Positions 10,388 through 20,330 are shown, counted from the first letter of the stretch. The stretch: DNA of 64,000 nt from an uncultured Gammaproteobacteria bacterium (GCA_964356225.1 CAYHGA010000001.1:29573-93572), one strand, 5' to 3'. Numbers and translations are program-made. The notes: a model not told the origin generated them from the sequence alone.

Positions 10388-11012
10388 ATAAATATTGCAA
10401 TATTTTACTCATTTTTTTTGACTTGGATTTAGTCACAATCTCTTTAAATTCTTGCATGTCTGCGGCTGTAAAAACAGTCCAATTAAACCTTGAACCGAAT
10501 AAAAACTCCCGTGTTAACTGGTCAGTTATAAGCGGAGTCAGATATATAAAATCAAACATCGCCTTGGCTGGACTGGCAATTTTGTAAGAGAAATCTCCAT
10601 AGAATCTTTGTGTATACCCCCAAAACAAACCGGGTTTGATATTCCGGTATCTAAAACTCATAAGTTTGCTCTGAAACGTCCTGGTCTTCTTGGTGGTCAC
10701 ATTTGTGATGGTATATACACTTTCTGCTAATATTCCGTAAAGTGCCAATGCGTACTCTAAAGATATATAACTATCCCGCACTATTTCGCATCCAATATAT
10801 CTTGCCAATTCTTCTGGCGCGGATGATTTTTGATACAAAGTTTCGTTTAGATAAAATCCGGGTTTAATTGTATCCAACAAGCCTGCCTTTATGAGAGACC
10901 TAATGCGATAATCCAAAGTGCGGCGGTTGTTACCTAAAAGCACCTCTAGATTTTGCCTGGTAAAAAATGGGGCCGTGCTTTCTGAGATCAGTTTCTTGTA
11001 GTCTATTTCCAT
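10374..11012 (-). CDS. AbiEi-family antitoxin
   Basis: SYISLEYALALYGILAE, IASPAKAMFDFIY; overlaps the toxin start. Confidence 0.85.
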   Translation of the reverse strand: MEIDYKKLISESTAPFFTRQNLEVLLGNNRRTLDYRIRSLIKAGLLDTIKPGFYLNETLYQKSSAPEELARYIGCEIVRDSYISLEYALALYGILAESVYTITNVTTKKTRTFQSKLMSFRYRNIKPGLFWGYTQRFYGDFSYKIASPAKAMFDFIYLTPLITDQLTREFLFGSRFNWTVFTAADMQEFKEIVTKSKSKKMSKILQYLYERR

Positions 11013-11013
11013 A

Positions 11014-11050
11014 TGCACATAATTATATGTGCAACCGGAAACGGAGTCAA
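11014..11050 (-). promoter_or_regulatory. abiE promoter with palindromic operator
   Basis: TTGACT-17-TATAAT; inverted repeat TGCACATA-ATTA-TATGTGCA (11014-11033) covers the -10. Confidence 0.8.
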
Positions 11051-11099
11051 GTAGCAATTATGTTGCAAATAGGGGTGAGAAAGTAGATAATAGCAAGTA

Positions 11100-12374
11100 A
11101 TGGATCAACTTATTCCAACTATTACGGCAGAACCTCCTAAAACTAACTGGTTACTATTTTTGTTGGTGGGAATAGTTATTTTGAGTATGGGAATTGGGAT
11201 TGGATTATTTTTGGCAAAAAATATTTATCCGCCTTTGCAAAGTCTGCCCGCTTCAACTCCTTCTCCAACCCCAATCGCCGACCCCACCGCCAACTGGAAA
11301 ACATATACAATTGAAAAATTTGGAATCCAATTTAAACTTCCAAGCAAACTAAGCACTCTCGGGGATCTGGATATAAAAGAATGTGCTGGCGAAAAAGGCA
11401 TGGAATTTAGCGCCACACTACCCTCCAACAAATCATCCGGATATCTCATTTCCGTAGTCTATGCGGGAGGAGGATGTGCCGCACATAATCTATTCAGTAT
11501 GGGTGCAGTATCTTCTGATTATGAAGCCGGAAGAAGCAGGAGATTTACCGATACAAATGGGTACGTTTCCAAAACCGGAACATATTATTGCGTTGGCCCC
11601 GGTGCGGTCAGAAATGATGAAGTTCCGAGCCATCTCGCAAAAGAAATGGTTTCTAAAAATGGAGTTACCGTGTTGAGGATCATGGGTGAAGATGAATCCT
11701 ATGGAACTTGGCCAAAACTCTGTACTCCCGGCAGTGGCAAGATAGGAGCCTTAGTTAATCTTTCCAATAATAAAACGTTCCCGGGAATTGCAATCCAAAT
11801 GGATGTGACAGATCAACTTTCAGAAAACCTATTTGACCAAATCCTCTCCACGTTTAAATTCACGGGTGTCTCGGTCACTCCAACGCCAACTCCAACTCCA
11901 ACCATCACGCCAACCTCTAATCCAAAGACAACATATATCGTTCCCACTAGCTGGAAAAGACTTACCACCCAAAGTGGCCTGAATCTGTGTTTGCCACCCA
12001 AATGGGAAGTTGAGGCCTACGACCACCTTATTTTTAATCGGGATGAGGGATACAAACCGAGCATTACCTATATTACAAACCTTCCTTATTCAGGTGGCTC
12101 ACGGCGTGAAGCGTATTTTGCCTATTGGGTACAGGAATATCCGGATGTAAAGCAATTAGTTTCCGTAGCGGACACCGATATAAACGGAAATTCCGCCCTG
12201 ACTATCTATCCGGCGAACTCTTCTGACCCCAAGACATCCCCCGAGGGGTTAACGGTAGTCTGGTTTTCCGCCGGAAAACTATGGAAAGCGGGCCTGTCTG
12301 GTTGGAATATGACCAACGCCTCGCAAACGTCTTTTCTGAAGGACTTTTACACGATGATTAGCTGTAGCTTCTAA
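11100..12374 (+). CDS. Membrane-anchored exported protein with Pro/Thr linkers (paralog of 13324..14019)
   Basis: N-terminal TM, ADPTANWKTY...DQILSTFKF-bounded domain, PT linker, second domain. Confidence 0.8.
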   Translation: MDQLIPTITAEPPKTNWLLFLLVGIVILSMGIGIGLFLAKNIYPPLQSLPASTPSPTPIADPTANWKTYTIEKFGIQFKLPSKLSTLGDLDIKECAGEKGMEFSATLPSNKSSGYLISVVYAGGGCAAHNLFSMGAVSSDYEAGRSRRFTDTNGYVSKTGTYYCVGPGAVRNDEVPSHLAKEMVSKNGVTVLRIMGEDESYGTWPKLCTPGSGKIGALVNLSNNKTFPGIAIQMDVTDQLSENLFDQILSTFKFTGVSVTPTPTPTPTITPTSNPKTTYIVPTSWKRLTTQSGLNLCLPPKWEVEAYDHLIFNRDEGYKPSITYITNLPYSGGSRREAYFAYWVQEYPDVKQLVSVADTDINGNSALTIYPANSSDPKTSPEGLTVVWFSAGKLWKAGLSGWNMTNASQTSFLKDFYTMISCSF

Positions 12375-12421
12375 GTAACCGGCACTCACTAATCTGTCGT
12401 AGTTTGGGGTATAATTGAGAT

Positions 12422-12667
12422 ATGAGCTCTACCAGACCATATTTTTTGTGGGATTATGATTTGACCGAGAATGACGTCAGGAGGATTCTGCGTGGGGAAA
12501 ATCAAACAGACAAGATTTGGATTATGTCGAGGATTCTGGAAAGCGCCAAGTTTGAAGATGTTTGGAAATATACAACCTTGTCTGATGTCAGATCGATGAT
12601 GCCGATATTAAAAATCAAAAAACCTATCCGTCAAGCCTGGGAACGGGCCTTAACAATATGGCAGTAA
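12422..12667 (+). CDS. Small putative antitoxin partner (LWDYD-type, DUF6922-like)
   Basis: YFLWDYD and WIMSRILE; overlaps the NTase gene; TATAAT 6 nt before ATG. Confidence 0.7.
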   Translation: MSSTRPYFLWDYDLTENDVRRILRGENQTDKIWIMSRILESAKFEDVWKYTTLSDVRSMMPILKIKKPIRQAWERALTIWQ

Positions 12668-13320
12668 ATTACGTACTCCAAGACAAATTTTTGAATTTAT
12701 TTTTTTTCGGCCGTTTTGCAGCGGATTTTTATCTGACGGGCGGTACAGCTCTGGTACGATTTTATTTTCAGCACCGCGAAAGTGTAGATTTGGATTTGTT
12801 TAGCCAAAATCAACAGTTGGATTTTTCGGCTGTAAATTTAGAGGTTGAACGTATTGGCCGTGAGTTAAAACTAATAACTATCAAACAAGTGACCACGAAC
12901 ACTTTTTTGCAATTTATATTTGAAAGTACAGAGGGAGATACATTGAAGGTGGATGTAGTTAAGGATATTCCGGTACATTTTGGAGAGTTTAAACAAGAGG
13001 GTAAAGTGAGATTGGACTCATTGGAAAATATAGGTTCAAATAAAATCACAGCTATTTTTGGCCGGACTGATCACAAAGATTTTATTGATTTATATTACAT
13101 TTTAAATAAGACAGATTTTACATTCGAACATTTGGTTTCGCTGGCTAAGCAGAAAGATTTGGGGTTAACCGAATTTTATCTGGCCAATTCGATTGATCAA
13201 ATTGAGCAGACTTCACAAATGCCGGTCTTACTAAAACCACTTGATATAAAGAAATACAACGAATTTTACAAAAAACTTTCCCGGGATTTATTTTTAAAAA
13301 TCAAACCAGAAGATAAATAA
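12658..13320 (+). CDS. AbiEii/AbiGii-like nucleotidyltransferase
   Basis: FYLTGGTAL..HRESVDLDLF, NKITAIFGR..KDFIDLY. Confidence 0.85.
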   Translation: MAVNYVLQDKFLNLFFFGRFAADFYLTGGTALVRFYFQHRESVDLDLFSQNQQLDFSAVNLEVERIGRELKLITIKQVTTNTFLQFIFESTEGDTLKVDVVKDIPVHFGEFKQEGKVRLDSLENIGSNKITAIFGRTDHKDFIDLYYILNKTDFTFEHLVSLAKQKDLGLTEFYLANSIDQIEQTSQMPVLLKPLDIKKYNEFYKKLSRDLFLKIKPEDK

Positions 13321-13323
13321 TCT

Positions 13324-14019
13324 ATGGATCAACCTATTCCAACTATTTCTCCGGTCGCCCCATCTCCCAAAACCAACTGGCTATTATTTTTGTTGACAGG
13401 AGTTGTGATTTTATTGGTTGGTATCACTGCCGGGCTTGTGATCGGAAAGTATATTTATGCTCCCAAACCCACCCCAACGGCCGACCCCACCGCCAACTGG
13501 AAAACATATACCAGTAATAAATATGATTATCAATTCAAATATCCCCAAATTCCACCCGAGGCCTCCAGCGCATTTAAATTTTCACTTAACGACAAACTGT
13601 CTGAACTATGGGGACCAGACAATCTAATTTTTAGAATTGAAGTATTTGAAAATATCAACAATCCGCAACTTTGGTGGGAAAATCAAGCTATTGAACCATT
13701 TACTAAACTGGCGGTGAACAACTTTGACTTCACAGAGACAACGCTAAACAGCTATCCAGGATACTCTGCTCAGGTCAAAACAGAATTTCAAGAACCAAAA
13801 AAGGTGTTTAGAACGTATGTGCTTAGCAATAATGATAATGTGTATCTAATTCACTCAGATTATGGTCAGTGGAGTAACCAAATCCTCTCCACGTTTAAGT
13901 TTGTGGAGCAGGCAACGCCGAAGCCGACGTGCAAGCCCAGACCGGCTTGCTTAGATACTTCACCCCGCTGTCTGCTTCCGGAAACATCTGACATGTGTCC
14001 ACCAAATCAGAAGTTATAA
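13324..14019 (+). CDS. Membrane-anchored exported protein (paralog of 11100..12374)
   Basis: Same N-terminus/TM and ADPTANWKTY, QILSTFKF boxes; Cys-rich tail CKPRPACLD..PRC..CP. Confidence 0.8.
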   Translation: MDQPIPTISPVAPSPKTNWLLFLLTGVVILLVGITAGLVIGKYIYAPKPTPTADPTANWKTYTSNKYDYQFKYPQIPPEASSAFKFSLNDKLSELWGPDNLIFRIEVFENINNPQLWWENQAIEPFTKLAVNNFDFTETTLNSYPGYSAQVKTEFQEPKKVFRTYVLSNNDNVYLIHSDYGQWSNQILSTFKFVEQATPKPTCKPRPACLDTSPRCLLPETSDMCPPNQKL

Positions 14020-14403
14020 CGAATGGGAGTGTGATTTAAGCCAGGATGAGATTTCTTTGACTCCTGGTTTGGAATTGTCGACATAAACCATAAAATCTGC
14101 GGCTTCTTTGCGGTTTGATTTGAGGTGATAACCATTATCCCAGAGAAATTTATGAGTTACGGTCCAAGCTGTGCGTTTGTTGCCGTCGGTAAACGGGTGA
14201 TTTAAGCAAACGGATTGCAGGAGGGCCGCGGCTTTGGCAAAAAGGGTGGGGTAAAGATCTTGACCAGCGTAGGTAGCTTTGGGCCGCTCGAGGGCAGAAT
14301 GGAGGAGAGCAAAATCGCGAACCGCTGCTTTGGTGCCAGCCCTGACAATGATTATTTCATGAATACGATAGGCCTCTTCTATATTAACGATCTGCCAGTT
14401 CAT
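14014..14403 (-). CDS. doc: Doc (Fic family) toxin
   Basis: HPFTDGNKRTA Fic/Doc motif; RDFALLHSALERP. Confidence 0.92.
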   Translation of the reverse strand: MNWQIVNIEEAYRIHEIIIVRAGTKAAVRDFALLHSALERPKATYAGQDLYPTLFAKAAALLQSVCLNHPFTDGNKRTAWTVTHKFLWDNGYHLKSNRKEAADFMVYVDNSKPGVKEISSWLKSHSHSL

Positions 14404-14626
14404 CGAGAATTTCGGCGTTCTCTTTCATAAAAACGCTAAGCCATTTTTGAAAACCTGCGTCGGATTTTCTAATTTTGGGAGAAGTTTTTTTTATAACAAT
14501 GGTAGTATCGTCTGCTGTCCCCACTAAGACCTTGCTACCAATTTTGAGATTGAGATCGGCCAGGACATCGCTAGGGATAGCGATAACTTGACTATTGCCG
14601 GCTTTGAAAATAGTTTGGAGTTGCAT
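14384..14626 (-). CDS. AbrB/MazE-type antitoxin
   Basis: IFKAGNSQVIAIP swapped-hairpin motif; overlaps doc. Confidence 0.88.
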   Translation of the reverse strand: MQLQTIFKAGNSQVIAIPSDVLADLNLKIGSKVLVGTADDTTIVIKKTSPKIRKSDAGFQKWLSVFMKENAEILDELADR

Positions 14627-14665
14627 TGTACTAACAATGTTAGTACATAAAATTTTGCTTGTCAA
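14627..14665 (-). promoter_or_regulatory. TA promoter with perfect palindromic operator
   Basis: TTGACA-17-TAACAT; TGTACTAACA-A-TGTTAGTACA (14627-14647) directly abuts the ATG. Confidence 0.82.
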
Positions 14666-14865
14666 GAGGGCTTGAGAGGCGTACCACCACGGTGGAAAAA
14701 GTGGCGGAGATGGGTGGAGAGTTCTTTGGGAGATTTGCCTTTAAACTGTTTGACGGAGGTGCGGATATCGCGCAAGAGGAGGACGGTTTCAATGGCCACG
14801 AAGACCAGAAGAATGGTCAAGGTGACAATAACTACAACGAGTAAGAATTGAGCGAGATTAGTCAT
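14662..14865 (-). CDS. Small single-TM protein
   Basis: Hydrophobic N-terminal half; ATGA-coupled to the upstream gene. Confidence 0.7.
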   Translation of the reverse strand: MTNLAQFLLVVVIVTLTILLVFVAIETVLLLRDIRTSVKQFKGKSPKELSTHLRHFFHRGGTPLKPS

Positions 14866-15494
14866 TTTTTAATTACGGTACGAATTTGGCTTGCCGTTTT
14901 ACCGGATTTAGAGGTGGCAATTACGGAAATAATATTGTCTCCGGCGGTTAAAGGCAAGCGGAGGAAAAAACGGCCGCCTTTTTCCAGGGCAACTAAATCC
15001 CCATTAACGGAAATGGTGGCTTCCGGGCTAGTGGTGCCTGTGATTTCTATAGTGGATTCAGTGGTCACTTGCTTATTGATGGGAGTGATTAGGCGCAGGG
15101 GGGGCGGACCGGTAAGCACCCGGTATTGAAAAATTAAATATGCCCCAAAGAGAGTGAAAATAAAAGTGATGACGGCGATTAAAGTAGTACGCGGGGTCCA
15201 AAAGCTGATTTCACTTACCGGTTTGACCATGCCCCGGGGGACAATTTGTCCTTGTTCGTTTTCCACAAAATCCCGGCGGAAAATAGCCTGGGTGGCCAAG
15301 CGGTTCAAACTCAAAAATTCGCAATAATTACGGATGAAACCCCGGGCTACGGCCCCAGAAGGCAGACGGCCATAGTCGTCGGCTTCGATGGCCTCTAGAA
15401 AACTAACCCGGATACGGGTGATGCGAGAAACGTCTTTAAGATCGAGCTTTTGGGCGTTACGGGCTGCCTGGAGGACTTGACCGACTGTCTTCAT
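14862..15494 (-). CDS. RodZ-like HTH membrane protein with C-terminal Ig-like domain
   Basis: TVGQVLQAAR..FLEAIEADDY..LP..RGFIRNY, TM, beta-rich tail; follows ftsK. Confidence 0.82.
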   Translation of the reverse strand: MKTVGQVLQAARNAQKLDLKDVSRITRIRVSFLEAIEADDYGRLPSGAVARGFIRNYCEFLSLNRLATQAIFRRDFVENEQGQIVPRGMVKPVSEISFWTPRTTLIAVITFIFTLFGAYLIFQYRVLTGPPPLRLITPINKQVTTESTIEITGTTSPEATISVNGDLVALEKGGRFFLRLPLTAGDNIISVIATSKSGKTASQIRTVIKK

Positions 15495-17586
15495 TTCTGA
15501 TTTGGTCTAGATTTTTAATAAGAATTTCCCGGGGTTTGGCGCCGTCCGCAGGACCGATCATGCCGGCCTGTTGAAGCTCATCCAGGATCCGGGCGGCCCG
15601 GGCATAGCCAATACTCAACTTGCGCTGCAAGAAGGAAGCCGAGGCGTTGTTGGCTTGGAGAATAAGACGGACAGCGTCTTCGAATAAAGGATCGCGGTCT
15701 TCACCGTTGGGAGAAATAAAGGAACTACCAGCCCGGCCTTTAATACCGACCGGCATAGAAGTGACTTCTTCGGTGTAATGAGGGGCAATCCCCTGTTTTT
15801 TCAAAAATTCGATCAGGGAGTGAATTTCTTTATCGGAAACAAAAGCCCCCTGAATACGGGTGGGTTTGGCCTGGTCCGGAGGAATGTACAACATGTCTCC
15901 CCGTCCCAGTAATTTTTCGGCGCCGGGTTGGTCGATAATGACTTTGGAATCAATCATGGAAGAAACTGCAAAAGCGATGCGGGTGGGAATATTGGCTTTG
16001 ATCAGACCGGTGATAATGTCCACAGACGGGCGTTGAGTGGCCAAAACCAAGTGAATACCGGTAGCCCGGGCCATTTGGGCAATGCGGGTGATGGCGTCTT
16101 CTACTTCTACCTGGGCGTAGAGCATAATATCGGCCAGTTCGTCGATAATGATAATGATGTACGGCAAGGCTTGAAATCCGGAAAGTTCATTGTAGGCGTC
16201 AATATTCCTGGCACCAACTTCAGCGAAAAGTTTGTAACGGCGATCCATTTCGGCGGTGGCCCACTTGAGGGCGGAAAGGACTTTGGCCGGATCGACTATG
16301 ACTGGACACAACAAGTGGGGAATACCGTTGTAATTGGTCAGCTCGACCCGTTTGGGGTCGACCATGATGAGATTGACTTCGGCCGGTGAAGTCCGGAAGA
16401 GCAGGGAACCGATAAAAGCATTGATGCAGACGGATTTGCCGGAGCCGGTGGCGCCAGCGATGAGGACGTGGGGCATTTTGGCGATATCCGCGACAAGGGC
16501 ATTTCCGGAAACGTCCAGACCTAGAGCCACGGCGAGTTTGCTCTTGTGATGCTTCATGGCATCGGATTCGAGCATTTTTCGCAAAGACACGAATTCGGGA
16601 GAGCGGTTGGGAAGCTCGATTCCCACTAAAGAACGGCCGGGAATGGGGGCTTCGATACGGACCTGGCCGGTGGGGGCAGCGAGGGCTAAGGCTAAATCGT
16701 TGGACAGGGCAGAAATTTTAGAAAGTTTTGTGCCAATGGCCACTTCCAGAGCATATTGAGTAACAGCGGGACCATAATTAATCTCGGCAACTTTAGCGAT
16801 AATACCAAAAGCATCCAGGTTTTTTTCGATGGTGTCGGCGTTGGTTTTGGTGTCTCCCCGATCGGCTTTGCCGGAAATATTTTCAGAGAGGAGGGACAGG
16901 GGTGGGAAATGCCAGGGAGAGTCGGTGGCGGAAGGTGGAGTGGGGCGGAAACTAGAGGCTGGAAACGCCGGAGTGAGAGGAAGTTTTTGTTGAGGTGGAG
17001 GCGGAGTATTGGAAGAAGCCATGCCAGAAAATTTGATGACTCTTTGGGGAAGAGCTGAGGTTTTTTCGGAGATTTTTTTGAATCGGGAAAGAAAATTTTT
17101 GAAACGGGTGAATAATTTGACAAAGAAAGCCAAAGCGTCTTCGAAAGGAATATTGAGCATAATAATCACTCCGATAAAAAGTCCGGTCAGTAAAAACAAA
17201 GCTGCGCCCGGGGAAGACAAAAAAGTGCTGCTACCCTGCCAAAGCTGAAATCCCAACTTGCCGCCGCGGGATAGACCGGAAAGGGCGGCTAAAATTACAA
17301 AGCTGCCGACGAAAACGTGGGGCTCGGCCAAGGAAGATCTGATTTTGGTAAGCATGAGGCCACCGACTATGAAGGGAAATGGCAAGAAAAAAGTAGTGAG
17401 AATGCCGAATTGAGTAGTAAGAAGAGTGTAGAGGGTGGAGAGGAGTGAGCCTTGTTTGGTGAAAGACAGCCAGATGAGGCCGGCGATGGCAAAGAGAAGG
17501 ACGGCAGTGATGGAATTAATGGTGGTTTTTTTAAGCTTAACCTTGAATGAAGTTTTACGACCAAAGAAAGCGCGTGTTCTGGGCAT
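15457..17586 (-). CDS. ftsK: DNA translocase FtsK/SpoIIIE
   Basis: N-terminal TMs, AGATGSGKS, IIDELAD, ATQRPS, gamma domain LQRKLSIGYARAAR; ATG 17586 follows TATAAT. Confidence 0.97.
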   Translation of the reverse strand: MPRTRAFFGRKTSFKVKLKKTTINSITAVLLFAIAGLIWLSFTKQGSLLSTLYTLLTTQFGILTTFFLPFPFIVGGLMLTKIRSSLAEPHVFVGSFVILAALSGLSRGGKLGFQLWQGSSTFLSSPGAALFLLTGLFIGVIIMLNIPFEDALAFFVKLFTRFKNFLSRFKKISEKTSALPQRVIKFSGMASSNTPPPPQQKLPLTPAFPASSFRPTPPSATDSPWHFPPLSLLSENISGKADRGDTKTNADTIEKNLDAFGIIAKVAEINYGPAVTQYALEVAIGTKLSKISALSNDLALALAAPTGQVRIEAPIPGRSLVGIELPNRSPEFVSLRKMLESDAMKHHKSKLAVALGLDVSGNALVADIAKMPHVLIAGATGSGKSVCINAFIGSLLFRTSPAEVNLIMVDPKRVELTNYNGIPHLLCPVIVDPAKVLSALKWATAEMDRRYKLFAEVGARNIDAYNELSGFQALPYIIIIIDELADIMLYAQVEVEDAITRIAQMARATGIHLVLATQRPSVDIITGLIKANIPTRIAFAVSSMIDSKVIIDQPGAEKLLGRGDMLYIPPDQAKPTRIQGAFVSDKEIHSLIEFLKKQGIAPHYTEEVTSMPVGIKGRAGSSFISPNGEDRDPLFEDAVRLILQANNASASFLQRKLSIGYARAARILDELQQAGMIGPADGAKPREILIKNLDQIRNEDSRSSPPGSP

Positions 17587-17593
17587 GAAGTTA

Positions 17594-19249
17594 TTATACC
17601 TCAACTACGACCGGGAGAATCATGGGGCGGCGGCCGGTACGGTCGAAGAAGAAATGTTCCAAGACATCGGCGGCAACTTCACGCACTTGACGATCAGAAT
17701 CAATATGCCCTTGGCGCTTGGCCAGAGCAAGCTTTAAGGTTTGGCTGCCCTGGTTTAAGAGATTGGAATTTTCCTTACCAAAAACAAAACCGCGGCTGAT
17801 AAGATCTATGTTTTCGATTTGGGAGAGCTGGTTTTGTTTGGCTTGGATAACGGCGACCACTACGCCTTCTTCGGCTAAAACCTGACGATCACGTAAGACC
17901 ACGTGGCCAACATCACCGACTCCCAGGCCGTCAACCATGACGTTTTTAACGTCAACTACCGGGCCGGTTTTAACGGTTTCGGGGGTGACTTCAATAGTCT
18001 GGTTATATTCCGGCAAGAGAATTTGCGCTTCTTGGTAGCCCATGGATTGAGCAAGCCGGGAATATTGGACCATGTGGCGGTAAGTGCCGCCAATGGGGAT
18101 TAAATATTTGGGCCGGGTGAGAGCCATCATTAAAAGCAGATCCTGTTGGCTGCCGTGGCCGGAGACGTGCAAATTGTCGGTAATATTTGAGTAAACCACG
18201 GTGCCTCCCAATTTGGAGAGAGAGTCAATAAGGGACTGGGTGGCAGACTCGGTGCCGGGGATATAATCGGAGGAGAAAACTATTTTGTCTCCGGGTTTAA
18301 TAGTAGCGTCCTGATGTTCGCCCATGCCGAGGCGTTCCATAGCCGATCCGGTTTGGCCCTGGGAACCGGCTACTAACAAACACAAATTTTGCGGGGGCAT
18401 GCGGCGGGCTTGTTTGGGGTCGATAAGTACTCCTTTGGGAACTTTGATGTACCCTAAGTTTTGAGCCACGTTTAAATTGCGGCCAATGGAACGGCCAAGA
18501 ATAGCCACTCTGCGTCCGTGGCGGATGGCGGCGTCGATGGCCTGGCGAAAACGGCTGATGTTGCTACCCATAGTGGTAACGATAAATTTTCCGGGGCAAT
18601 TATTGATTTCCCGCTCAAACATCTCTTCCAGAGTTTTTTCGGAAGGCGTGTACCCCTTGCGCTCACTACCTAGACAATCGGAAAGAAGAAGGTGCACCCC
18701 GGAATTGCCGGCGGCGGCGATGCGGCCAACGTCGGGAAGGACGCCATCTACAGGGGAAAAATCGAACTTAAAGTCACTGCCGTGGTAGATGGTACCGACG
18801 GGGGTTTTAATAATTAAATTGGTGGCGTCGGGGATGGAATGAGATATGCGGGTAGACTCGACTGTAAATTTTCCTAAGGTCAGCGGTTGGCCGGGAATTA
18901 AGATGTTGACTTGTTTAGGAACCCCTTGATATTCGGCTAGTTTTTCCATGACCAGGTGAGCGGTGAGTTTACTGGCGTAAACCGAGACGCTTTTGAGTTG
19001 AGGGAGGATATAAGGGAGAGCGCCGGTATGGTCTTCGTGACCATGAGTAAGAACCAGGGCTTTGATGTGATTAATTTTGTTCTTGAGATATGAAATGTCG
19101 GGAATCAATAGATCCACCCCCAGCATGTCTTCGGTAGGAAAACCGATGCCGCAATCGACCAGTAAAATATCGTCTGCGTACTCATAGACGAACATGTTGG
19201 AAGTGACTTTGCCAAATCCCCCGAGGGAAATTATTTTTAAGCTATCCAT
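17594..19249 (-). CDS. rnj: Ribonuclease J
   Basis: LTHGHEDHTG, HVSGHG, RRPMILPVV. Confidence 0.96.
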   Translation of the reverse strand: MDSLKIISLGGFGKVTSNMFVYEYADDILLVDCGIGFPTEDMLGVDLLIPDISYLKNKINHIKALVLTHGHEDHTGALPYILPQLKSVSVYASKLTAHLVMEKLAEYQGVPKQVNILIPGQPLTLGKFTVESTRISHSIPDATNLIIKTPVGTIYHGSDFKFDFSPVDGVLPDVGRIAAAGNSGVHLLLSDCLGSERKGYTPSEKTLEEMFEREINNCPGKFIVTTMGSNISRFRQAIDAAIRHGRRVAILGRSIGRNLNVAQNLGYIKVPKGVLIDPKQARRMPPQNLCLLVAGSQGQTGSAMERLGMGEHQDATIKPGDKIVFSSDYIPGTESATQSLIDSLSKLGGTVVYSNITDNLHVSGHGSQQDLLLMMALTRPKYLIPIGGTYRHMVQYSRLAQSMGYQEAQILLPEYNQTIEVTPETVKTGPVVDVKNVMVDGLGVGDVGHVVLRDRQVLAEEGVVVAVIQAKQNQLSQIENIDLISRGFVFGKENSNLLNQGSQTLKLALAKRQGHIDSDRQVREVAADVLEHFFFDRTGRRPMILPVVVEV

Positions 19250-19250
19250 A

Positions 19251-19880
19251 TCAAAACAAGCTAGGTTGACTGGGGGTATTATCCTCTATTTTTGGTTGAG
19301 GCGCCAGCAGGTTTTTTAACTTGGCAAAGTCTTCTTTAAATGCGTTCATCATGGCGGTGCCGCGTAAAGCCGCCGCCGGATGATACATGGGGAATATAAT
19401 TAGTTTATAGTTCATTGTTGATAGTTCGTAGAAACGCGCTTGGCCGTGGATTTGGGAAATAGTCGCGCCAGGGATAAATTTGGCCATACTGAAGCGACCT
19501 AAAGTGACAATAATTTTGGGAGAAATGATTTTTATCTGGCGGTCCAGCCAGTCGGCACAAGCGGCAATTTCGGAATCATTCGGGTCGCGATTATCCGGAG
19601 GCCTAAATTTGACAATATTAGTAATAAATACTTCTTCCGGTTTGATGCCGGTAGTTTCGAATAAAGTTTTGCGCATAAGTTGTCCGGATTGGCCTACAAA
19701 AGGCCGACCGGTTGCGTCTTCCACCTGGCCCGGAGCTTCGCCGATAAACATGATCTTTGCGTCGGGGTCACCTTCGCCTGGTACGGCATGGGTGGCATTT
19801 TTGGCAATATCCAAACCCTTAAAATTTCTAATTTCATCGGCAATTTTTTGCAGTTCTGTCTTTTTTTCATCTGTGGTCAT
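19251..19880 (-). CDS. Uracil-DNA glycosylase, family 4
   Basis: GEAPG, GRPFVG, RPPDNRDP, YHPAA; most Fe-S cysteines appear missing. Confidence 0.92.
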   Translation of the reverse strand: MTTDEKKTELQKIADEIRNFKGLDIAKNATHAVPGEGDPDAKIMFIGEAPGQVEDATGRPFVGQSGQLMRKTLFETTGIKPEEVFITNIVKFRPPDNRDPNDSEIAACADWLDRQIKIISPKIIVTLGRFSMAKFIPGATISQIHGQARFYELSTMNYKLIIFPMYHPAAALRGTAMMNAFKEDFAKLKNLLAPQPKIEDNTPSQPSLF

Positions 19881-20299
19881 ATTTCTTTCCAAATTTTTTC
19901 TAATCTTTCTTTCACAGAAATATATGAGATAGGCCAAAGATAAAGCCAGCCGGAAAGGTGTTTGGCGCTGTTATTTATGTCCCAGGTTAATTTTTTTGAT
20001 TTGATGAATTTCATGCTCGCTTTGATGGCGATTAGCTCCTCGGCAACCCTAAACCCTGGATCAAAAAAATATTTTAAGGCGAATTTAAGAACACCGGCCT
20101 TTTTGATTCTTTTGATGTGGGTTTGTTCGTGAATTAGATGAGCGATATTTAACGAGTCGGGGCTAGTTTTTTGCAAATCTTTGTGTATGTTCTTTGGGAA
20201 ATAAATATTGGGGTACAGGGCCGTGGCAGTTTGATCAGATATCCATGGAATAAGATTCCAATATTTAGATTTTAATTTGACATTTGAATCGAGTTTCAT
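19877..20299 (-). CDS. Hypothetical protein with HExxH motif
   Basis: LIHEQTH plus downstream Glu; ATGA-coupled to udg. Confidence 0.65.
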   Translation of the reverse strand: MKLDSNVKLKSKYWNLIPWISDQTATALYPNIYFPKNIHKDLQKTSPDSLNIAHLIHEQTHIKRIKKAGVLKFALKYFFDPGFRVAEELIAIKASMKFIKSKKLTWDINNSAKHLSGWLYLWPISYISVKERLEKIWKEI

Positions 20300-20330
20300 A
20301 TTAATTATAAAAAATAAAAAACTTAACCTT

